From NCBI RefSeq assembly GCF_006345805.1, contig NC_043012.1:31124001-31188000 (forward strand): a stretch of 64,000 bases of DNA. Direction: 5' to 3'. Below, piece after piece: positions 54,361 through 64,000 of this stretch. The notes beneath the pieces are model-generated. The model saw only the letters and a program-made list of their open reading frames with translations. It did no database searches and was not told the origin of the DNA. This DNA comes from Octopus sinensis. Its lineage: Eukaryota. Numbering within the stretch: the first letter of the stretch is position 1; each line of letters opens with the position of its first letter. A program made the position numbers and the translations under genes.

Positions 54361-54832
54361 AGATGTCCTTCCTACCGTTAAAAAGACTGGTTAATGTCAA
54401 CTCTTAAAGCGGTTAAAGTTCACACGCATTTTTGACATGACTTCTTTTGGGTTACTTTTACAATATTTAAGTAAAATAATCATTCATCTTAACGTTCTAA
54501 CAATTTTCCTTTCTCTGCAGATAACTTTGTGTCATAATCGTTAAATTCGTGTCGATTGTACCTTTTTTTTAAATGAGTTTAGACCCATTTCAGACACTGC
54601 ATACTGCGCGAATACAAAAGGAGCTCTTCACCAACGAAAGCAGCAGGAAATATTTGTACTGAGTGTTTCTTTACTTCGAAGCTTGAAGAATTTTACGCCA
54701 ATTGTCAAATAAATAACATTGTGTTATCAGTAAAGAGGGAAAACATTACCTTGATTAAATGTATCAATTAATATCGAAGATAAATTTCTTCTTTCCGATC
54801 TTGAAATGCGACAGATCTTTCTTTCCAGTCTA

Positions 54833-54888
<56 letters not shown>

Positions 54889-55678
54889 TCCATATAATGA
54901 GTACACACACACACGCGCGCGCGCACACACACACACATACACATACATATATATACATCTATTTTTATACATACACACACACATCTATGTATAAAAATAG
55001 ATGTATATATATATATATGTGTGTGTATGTATATCTAATATATATTTAACTCTCATTCTCTATCTGCCTCCTCTCTCTCTCTTTCTCTCCATCTCTCTCT
55101 ATATATCCCTTACCACCGCTCTTTCTCCCTCTATATGTGTGTATGTGTGGTGGTGGTAGTGCTGGTGTGTGCATGTAAATGTGATGGTACTGGTGGTGGT
55201 GGTGGTGTGTGTTTTTGCATGCGTGCGTGTGTGGTGGTGGTGCTGATTTGAGTGAGTGCGTGCGTGTGTGTGTGTATTGATTGAATATTTAGCTACATGC
55301 TACCATACCAGTATCCGTAAAACCTGTTAGAAATAATTATGCTATATGGCTCCTGTACAGCAGAACGGTCTCCATGACCAAGTTTAATAGCCTTTCAATA
55401 ATGAAACTACACAATTTATTAGACTCGATGAAGTGCTTCCCAACACTAATCAATAATTATTACCTGAAGCGGTTAATAGGAAAAGTAGGAGATGTTGTCA
55501 AATGAATAAAGTTAAAGGCACAATTCTAGGAGACGAGCAACGGTGGACAGCAGACTCTGAACCATTTTGGCATAAGAACGAGCAATTTCTCGTCTTTAAC
55601 TCTTGGAATATGAAATCTTGGAAATGATAAATAAAGTAAGCACCATAATAGCTTCAACATAAACAAAATACCAATATT

Positions 55679-55962
55679 TTTATTTATGCGTCCTTTTCAA
55701 GCCTAGCCAGGTTCATGGGCCCGGTTTCCCGGTTTCTATGATGCCAGTCCATCACAGCGTTATTGAAGAAGCAGGAAGAAAGAGTGAGAAAAAGTTGGGG
55801 CGAAAGAGTACAACAGGGGTCTCCACCACCCCCTGCCGGAGCCTCGTGAAGCTTTAGGCGTTTTCGCTCAATAAACACACACAACGCCCGGTCTGGGAAT
55901 CGAAACCGCGATCCTCCGACCACGAGTCCGCTGCCCTAACCATTGGACTATTGTGTCTTCAC
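55679..55962 (-). mobile_element. SINE family C, tail type 2, 13-bp TSD
   Basis: TSD AAATACCAATATT at 55666-55678 and 55963-55975. Confidence 0.92.
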
Positions 55963-56810
55963 AAATACCAATATTACAAAACATTAAATGTAAAAGGTTT
56001 GCATTTCCTGAAAATATGTGAATGACATGTACTCTCAGCTCTTATATCCCTAAAAACTATAGAAAGCTAATTGCTATAGATATAAAGCTATTAATACTGA
56101 ACTCGTAGACATCTCTACCAGCTTAAAGCTAGAGCAACGAATAGATTGTTTAGCCAAGTATGAAGCATACATCACGTTGGCAGATCATAAAAATAAATTT
56201 GATCCCCGCCCTTAACGTTAGATTAATCCAGGAATGAAATCGGATTAATCGGCAAATATAGTTTAAATACTATAAATGTCAAATCAGGACAATTTCTAAG
56301 CTCTAATAATGGTATAAAATCATTACCATAGTCAGTCGATTTAACAGTATTTCTAATAAAAGTAATTGTAAAATCTAAACTTGCGCGATATCGTCTACAA
56401 AATTTTACTCGCCAAGAAAGACACTGCGCAACAAATCATAGTCACATAAAAACGAAAAGTAGGCAAATAAAATAAAAAATCAGTCAAATTAGCCATCCTC
56501 CCCTCCCTACTATGTCTTCCGCTTTTCTTTCCATAACTTTCGGCTTTGGGCCTCGACCTCCATATGGCTCTTTGGCAATCTTGGATTGGGACATAAAGAA
56601 GCGTTTTCCATCGTTGTTTGGCCGATGTTTCCGGGACCACGCTGGCAGAATGGAGAGATCTATTTTCTTCGACATATTCTCTATAACGAACATTTTTCTA
56701 GTTCCAAGTTGATAACTTCAGAAAGGTTTGTCGATATTCAAACCTATTTTTGTTAACTAATTTCTATCTGTGTTAGAATTAACTACAATATTTAACTTCA
56801 TTGCCGAAAG

Positions 56811-56899
56811 AAAACTTAGATAACTTGGATAACTTAGATATGTTTCGGCCAAAGATTGGCGCAAGCCATGTCTAACTTAATGGCACCACCGGATAGGAT
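56811..56899 (-). mobile_element. Isolated 3' tail of the 15.7-17.8 kb LINE family
   Basis: GGTGGTGCCATTAAGTTAGACATGGC..GCCAATCTTTGGCCGAAACATATCTAAGTT. Confidence 0.85.
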
Positions 56900-57640
56900 A
56901 CGACATCTACAAACTTATAACTCATAAATTATTAGCCCATTGTTATATTATTTCACTATATGGTCTGTTTAGATACTGAACATTTTATATGAATATTTCA
57001 TATGATTCGACGTCACAGTCCGAGATGTGTCTCGTTTCGTTTTATTATCAATGAAAATCTCACTATTCAATATTACACACGAGGAGAGAGAAAGAAGTTG
57101 TGATCTGGTATAGGTTTCAGTCTCATAATGGAAAACAGACAGCCAGCTTGATGAGAAAGTAATGAATCCAATGATAACCGAAGCTTGGATTTCTATTGCT
57201 TTCTCTTTTGATCCGATTCCAGTAACTTACCCGACCAAAATATATTTGATGATCTTCCCAGACATTTTGCAATTTGTTGCAAACACTCCATTCAGTTTTA
57301 TCCCTGTTGTCATTGGGGTTACTGAAACGTAATGCTGCCAACATAATTATATATAATACTTCATCTACAGTAAGTCTATTCCTGCTGTTCGATGTGATTT
57401 ATTGTGGAAGGTTCTTTAGGCAAGGTTCCGTTTTTGCGTAGACAGTGTTAAACTTTGTCAAGTATATAAGTTTTCTAATTAATAATGTTTCTAAGTTTTC
57501 GTCAACCGACATGACTGATTGGTAGAACGAATTTTCTGGAAACGTAAAGTAGTTGCAGAAAGTATCACCGGATAAAGATAATTATACTCTACATAATGTA
57601 TCGAGTCCTTTTCTCTTCATTATAAATAACGTGAGCCGGA

Positions 57641-57723
<83 letters not shown>

Positions 57724-57743
57724 CACACGCGCATATGTATATA

Positions 57744-57974
57744 CAAGGTTGGCAAAAAGTCACCTGACAGTAATCAAAACCATTTAATTCCATGATTTAT
57801 TTATGTTTGACAAGTAAATGAATTTTATAAAAGCGTCTAAATATGAAACATCAGGAAAATTGTTCAAACTGAAGTCCTTCTTCAGCGACACATTTCCCCA
57901 TTCGAATCAATACAGAATTACAGATACAGTTTATGGAATTTTGATTTAATGTCGGGTGACTTTTGGCCAAACCC

Positions 57975-57975
<1 letters not shown>
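57744..57975. mobile_element. 232-bp Tc1/mariner deletion derivative
   Basis: TIR CAAGGTTGGCAAAAAGTCACCTGACA / reverse complement CGGGTTTGGCCAAAAGTCACCCGACA; TA flanks; transposase-like C-terminus RMGKCVAEEGLQFEQ. Confidence 0.85.
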
Positions 57976-58035
<60 letters not shown>

Positions 58036-58131
58036 TAATCCAAAAAAGAAAGCACAAAAAAACACAACAACGCGAGGAAGTGGAACAAATATAGTATTAT
58101 TGGACGCTCAGGAAGGAAGGAAAGAAGGAGG

Positions 58132-58166
58132 GTTTAACGTTTCGAGCGGAGCTCTTCGTCGGAAAC
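58132..58166 (-). ncRNA. Minimal hammerhead, paralogue of 10309-10343 with CCGACGA core
   Basis: GTTT-CCGACGA-A-GAGC-TCC-GCTC-GAAA-CGT-T-AAAC. Confidence 0.65.
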
Positions 58167-58703
58167 ATAGGAGAAGGAAAGATCCAGAGAAGGGAAGACA
58201 GAGGAAAAAAATCACCAACGGTACACACGAGGTCACATTACGGGTTCAGATCTTTATGAATAATTCTGTGTACAGTTGCCACCCCAACTCCAACTATAAG
58301 CTTATCGTCTTTATAGATACACGAAATCTTTATTCAGAAAACTGCAAATTTTCTCTACCAGCTCTGATGTTCTCACGCCATTCTCTCTCCCACAACTCTA
58401 ATCGTGTCTCACCTCCTCTCTACTGTCTTTGAATCTCTTGTGCTAGCGAAAAATTTAATCATGAGCAGTCTGGGGTATTCCCTATGTTTCTGTAGCGTTT
58501 TTTTCCAGTTTAATGCAAAAACTGTTTCCTTCAATCTGCAAGTTAGCTTATTAGATGTATACTAATAATATACTAATAACATACATACTAGTAACATAAT
58601 GTATACTAATGACATACGAAATGATAGACTAAAATTACAATAATCTAGAATAAGTATAATTGCAACTCCTAAATAAATAAATAAATAATAAATAAATAAA
58701 TAA

Positions 58704-58760
<57 letters not shown>

Positions 58761-58823
58761 GGAGTAAGCACATAAATGTGAAACAAGGTGGAAAAAAGAG
58801 TACTCAATACCAGAAGTAGAATA

Positions 58824-59000
58824 ATATGCTTTATATAAAAGCAGCAGAAATATAACAAAAGCTGCTACTCGGAGTTTCACGTTACCGTAAGTCGGACAGT
58901 TTTGTTAAAATAGGTTCTATTTTAACAAAACTGTCCGACTTACGGCAACGTGAACCTCCGAGTAACAGCTTTTGTTATATTTCTGCTGCTTTTAAATAAA

Positions 59001-59006
<6 letters not shown>
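58824..59006. repeat. 183-bp palindrome with a degenerate hammerhead-like fold in each arm
   Basis: Arms 58824-58913 and 58917-59006, loop GTT; folds at 58862-58899 (-) and 58931-58968 (+). Confidence 0.9.
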
Positions 59007-59056
<50 letters not shown>

Positions 59057-59275
59057 TTGTGTGTGCGCGTAAATTCAACCGTTCCTCTTTACAATCATTA
59101 CATCGACTGACTATAGTAATGATTGATAAATTTACAAGGGACATAAATTCCAAGACAAGTATATATCACTGAACGTAAATGAATTAGATTAGATTAAGCG
59201 AGATTAGAAAGTAATTCCTAATATCATTTCACAGGATGCTTTCGTTTAGCATGTACCATATAGATAATTGCTGGT

Positions 59276-59330
<55 letters not shown>

Positions 59331-60205
59331 CAATATAAAATAGCAATTTATCATTGTTCTTCTATAGTTTGTGGACTATCATATAACCAGTTTCTATGTG
59401 ATATAATCCTTACGCAGAAAATGATAAGAGTCAAAGATATGCGCAATAATTCTCAAGTGGCCTTTGTTAAATGTCAATCCAAATAAAATATCTAATGAAA
59501 CCTTACTTTTCAAATGTTTTGATTTATTCGTTTGTAATAAGGTAAGCAAAACCCATTTAATATCAATGGAAAGCTCTTCCGACAAATCGTAAAAGACATT
59601 TTAATTATTGTAATAGATAAAGTATATCTCCTTGAATATCATTAACTAGTGTTAGTCAACTGGAAAAGCAATTATGTATATTTAATTTGCTATTTTTGAC
59701 GATAAGTAAATGATAGAGTAAAATACTGCTGCAAGGTGAAAGATAAATCAGCTCTTATTCATGCCGAGTTCTCGTAGCATTAACTTCACCATAAATTATT
59801 TCTTTTTTCGTTCTTTCAACGAGGTAGTGACAGATTGTTTCTTAACAACTGTGATTGTACTCATACTATGCTGGTGAGGTATTTTCAGTATAGAATTTGC
59901 AAGTTTCAACTTGACCTGAAATAGCATGACTGATACAGATTAATGGATTAATGTCTGGGTGTCGTATAAAGTCAGAATACAGTTTTGCACTCTTAGGCTG
60001 CAGCATCACTGAGCATTTCTCATCGTTGCCAGACTGATGTGTGCGGAACCAGACTATCGAAATTGAGATATATCTGTTTTTTTTTTGTTGACATAATCTT
60101 CACAGGGAAAAATTCTCTAACTAGTGGTTGAAAGAATTCAATTTTGGGATATCTAATTTCTGTTTTGTAATGGAAATCACGTAGCACCTATGAACCCATA
60201 ATTAA

Positions 60206-60571
60206 TCTCTCTCTATATAAACGGCAAAATGTCTGTGTGTGTGTATCCTTTATACAAATCCACAATTTTTCAGTTAGAGGGCTCGCACTTTCTATGGTTA
60301 TTCAAAACCGTCCAAGGGTGGTCGTGCACATCTTTACATTCCCCCAGTCACCCCAGAAAGCCATTAAAAAATCAATAGAAGTGACTTTTTTGTGAATTTT
60401 CTATCCAAAACCCAATCAAAGTGCCTGAAACTTGATACTCCAATTGAATGCCAGCTAGCTGTATGTGATTTGTTGGAGATTTGGATAGTACTCGCGTGTA
60501 TGTGTGCACGCACGCAGCTGTATATGCATGCACTAGCACTATGAACTGGCGTTGCCGAGTCATAGTGCTAG
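60206..60571 (+). mobile_element. Non-autonomous Helitron-like element, copy 2
   Basis: A|TC...CTAG|T boundaries; homologous to 21048-21407. Confidence 0.78.
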
Positions 60572-60599
60572 TGAATTATAAATCTATTCTCAAGATTTC

Positions 60600-61260
60600 A
60601 TGTGATTCAACATCACAATTCTAAATGTGTCCCAACATCTTTATATTACCAATAGACGATCTCACTACACATGAAAAGGAGAAAGAAATTGTGATTGGGG
60701 ATTGATTTCAGCCTCATAATGGGAAACACTCACAGATAGCCTGATGAGGATGCAATAAATCCAACGATAATTGAGGTCTGAGTTTCAATTGTTTTCTCTT
60801 TTGTTTAGCTCCAAATGGCTTAACTAAGTAGGTTTAGTAGCCTGGACAGATTACTTAATGGTTCTCAGTATCAAATTTCATTTCTGTCGCTATTGAGACT
60901 AATCAAACCAAATTTTGTAATTATTATTTATAATTCGATGTGATTTATATCTCTTGGTAATGTTGTGTCTCTGAGTGAGCTGTATTAAACTTTTCAAATC
61001 TGCACGTGTTATAGTAACCAAGTTTTTCCTAAAATATATACCGCTTAGTTTTGTAGAATATATGACACCTGGAATTTTATTTACTTGTTCTCTCAGAAAA
61101 CTACCATTATTCCCTATCACAACAGCATTCCATTCGTCACCACGTTCATTATCATCGATCCCATCTTCCCAAACATCACCTGCAACATCTGCTGTCACTC
61201 TTATCAATATTATCACTAGAGCTGATAACAACACCACCAGCTGTATTTGTGCTTCAGGTA
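60600..61260 (-). pseudogene. Possible I/Nimb-clade LINE ORF1 (gag-like) relic; related fragment at about 57100-57340
   Basis: KSLIQLTQRHNITKRYKSHRIIN resembles the ORF1 motif LL..T...N......HR.LN (from memory); 60712-60830 is homologous to 57120-57240. Confidence 0.35.
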
Positions 61261-61293
61261 ATGGATATGTGTGTGTGTGTGCTTTAGGATAAT

Positions 61294-61409
<116 letters not shown>

Positions 61410-61989
61410 CTGCTAAACTGAAAGTCATAAGCAGTAGATCGTACAGAGATATTCCAGTCGAGTAAAAGGACATGTGGACATAAATCTCATCCGTTCACTT
61501 GAAACTATTCTTCTATGGTTTAGAGCAAACCACACGAAAATAGAATTTATCATTTCCAAACTAAAAGTTGTCGAAGTTTCTTTTATCGGTGTATAAATAT
61601 CAGTTGATTCTCTTACGCTGTTACTAATTTAATCAGCCTTGCTTCGGGACATATCACTGCCTTCTGTCATTTACATTAGAAAACAAGAACAAAACAACAA
61701 TCACACGAAGACTAAAGGAACTATCACCTTGTTGCTATGAACTCATCACTGCCGCCATTTAATCAGCAACCTTTTCAATATGAGGCAATCAGGGATCCTC
61801 TGCCTGGTCGTTCGATCTGCTAGAAATAGCAGCCAAATCTCCTTCAAATCACACCCTGCCCTCTTAAAAAATACTATTTACAGGATGTTCGGACTAAATT
61901 TGCTAGTTTGCATTAAAGGCAAAAAAAAAACCCCACAAAAAAGCAAAAACAAAAACCCCGAATAAAAGTATTTTAAAATATCAAAAAAT

Positions 61990-63030
61990 ATCAACTAGAT
62001 TATGGCTGAGAGATAACGGTTTAATTCAAAGTATCTGCTCTCAGCTTCCAATACGACCTCAAGTCAGCTCCGTACTTGGCACATGCGTTCCTCACTGTGT
62101 TATTGGGAAGATCTTCGAACACCTCATTGAAATTGGTTACCAGCTCGGCTTTGATGTTGTAAGCAGAGCTGCTGGTGTTTTTCTGAAACGCATCCCACAT
62201 ATAGTTATACATGAAAATAGAATCGGGGGAATTAGGAAGCCAGGAATTGGGGCTGGTGAAATTGTAGAAATTCTCCGACAACCACGACTGACTCTTTCCG
62301 GAAGTATGGCAAAGAACTGAATCCGGTTACTGCACATATGACCTTCCAGCAGCAACCCTCTCCAGCCAGGGTTTGACCATAATCTCCAGCAGCTTCACAG
62401 AAGTGGAGGTGCAATGGTCCAATGGTTAGGGTAGCGGACTCGCAGTCGGAGGATCGCGGTTTCGATTCCCAGAAACAGGCCTTGTGTGTGTTTATTGAGC
62501 GAAAACACCTAAAGCTCCACGAGGCTCCGGCAGGGGGTGGTGGCGACCCCCGTTGTACTCTTTCGCTCCAACTTTCTCTCACTCTTTCTTCCTGTTTCTT
62601 GTTCCCGACTTCCTATGCAACCGCTGAGCCTGGATGCGCATTTATCCATCAGTCGATGCTCTCGGTCTCGGGGGTTGACCTGCTTCCTTTTCTGCAGGTC
62701 TTACGAATAGCAAAGGACCACGTTTCGGACTTCTCCCAGGAGGACGAAGACCGCTTCGCTCAACAGCAACAGCAATAGCAGCTTCACTGAGCCGTCTGAA
62801 ATGAGCCTTAAGCTCTGTTCAAAGATTTGGGGCAACATGACGTCACCCTCATTGGAGACACACCCAAAGACCGTCTCAGTTCGGCAGAACTTGGGTTTCA
62901 TGATACGTCGGACATCATATGGATTGTGGAAAGTCACCTGATGTTCTGGGTGCTGTGCAACTGATCCTGGCAAAAGTTCTCCGAGAAAAACCAAAATCAT
63001 CCTCGGCTCAACAGAATCACTCATCAAGCA
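61990..63030 (-). mobile_element. maT/DD37D-like transposase relic split by a SINE
   Basis: TVFGCVSNEGDVM, SPNSWLPNSPD..NYMWD; resembles the 3332-4194 element. Confidence 0.7.
62399..62776 (+). mobile_element. SINE family C, tail type 3, 11-bp TSD
   Basis: TSD AGCAGCTTCAC at 62388-62398 and 62777-62787; (CAACAG)n end. Confidence 0.9.
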
Positions 63031-63064
63031 GTTCTCTTTGTGTGTCTTTGTATCTTTGTTTGTC

Positions 63065-63290
63065 GTCCAACACCGCTTACTGGATTGTTCACTTCTCCGT
63101 AACTTAGGAGTTCGTCAAAAGAGAACGATAGAATAAGTGCCAGACTTAAAAAAGTAAGTCTTGGGGGTCGATTCATTCTACTATACCCGAGGGTATAGTA
63201 GAAGACACTTGCCCAAAGTGCCACGCAGTGGGACTGAACTCGGAACCATGGGGTTGGGAAGATAGCTTCTTACCACACAGCCATTCCTGC
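63065..63290. mobile_element. SINE family B 3' half (+) fused to a family B head (-)
   Basis: Junction near 63180. Confidence 0.7.
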
Positions 63291-63292
63291 AC

Positions 63293-63326
<34 letters not shown>

Positions 63327-63789
63327 AAAAATGTAGAACGCTGGAATGAGTGGTCAACACCGCGTTGGTGGATAAATAATTTCTTTATTTGTGAATTAAG
63401 GCTACCATTGGTTTCATGTTAAGAAGAGTGGGAAGATATCCAAGTATCTTAACAATTTTTCAAGCCGATCACATGGAGAAAGGTGCTCTCCTCTATTTTG
63501 GAAAACAATCTCGTTTCGTTCACGTATTTCTCGTAAATTCACGTAAGTAAAATAATGAATCAAGAGACCCTACTCTAGAAGGCATCTTTTGGGGTTTGTC
63601 TCGTTTGGATTTGTCTTTTAAGTAAATTTCTTAATTTTTTGCATTCTTTGTATGATCTTATTCTGGGCATGGTGTTTTGGACTTGTATGTTGGAACTCGT
63701 TTCTTCTTTGTGTGGAGTTTGTGACATTTCTTCTTTGTTGTGTGAAATTTGTGTGCTATGTGTGTTCACGTATATAGAGGGGCTACCCT

Positions 63790-64000
63790 GGTAGCGTTGC
63801 CCTCGTTTGTAGTTACCCTCGTTTATAGGGGGACTTCTTTAAAGTATTCGGGTGTAAAATATTGTTAGGGAGAGAAGGTTTCATCCCTAAGGTTTAAGGT
63901 GTTGTCTGTTGATTAAATAATATTTAATTTTTCAGTAATGCAATAATGCCCCGTCCTCTGTATTTTTTGGCTTTAGCAATAATTTTCCACTCTATCTGGG
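63790..64000 (-). pseudogene. PLE GIY-YIG C-terminal fragment (runs off the window)
   Basis: QIEWKIIAKAKKYRG..TLNLRDETFS. Confidence 0.65.

Noticed and set aside
56484-56693. 69-aa minus-strand ORF in a higher-GC patch
   Set aside because: No recognisable family; probably an unassigned transposon remnant

Overview
AT-rich, microsatellite-dense animal genomic DNA. The SINE families and the (CA)n/(TA)n/(TATG)n load suggest an octopus or other cephalopod, which is an inference. I found no intact host gene; almost every ORF in the track is a microsatellite read-through or a transposon relic. The window is a mosaic of mobile elements: Penelope-like elements (PLE; RT and GIY-YIG relics), two CR1-type LINEs, RTE, R4/Dong and Tx1-like fragments, three tRNA-derived SINE families, a near-complete mariner, DD37D (maT) relics, MITEs and two short Helitron-like elements. 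The most notable signal is RNA-level. There are at least 6 type I hammerhead-ribozyme folds plus a degenerate pair, from several unrelated short cassettes lying in (TA)n tracts. Two cassettes are near-perfect palindromes (463 bp and 183 bp) with one hammerhead fold per arm, pointing outward from the centre. LINE and SINE 3' ends also share a covarying stem-loop, and one SINE head/core occurs with three different tails. All folds and alignments were done by eye and none has been computed or tested.
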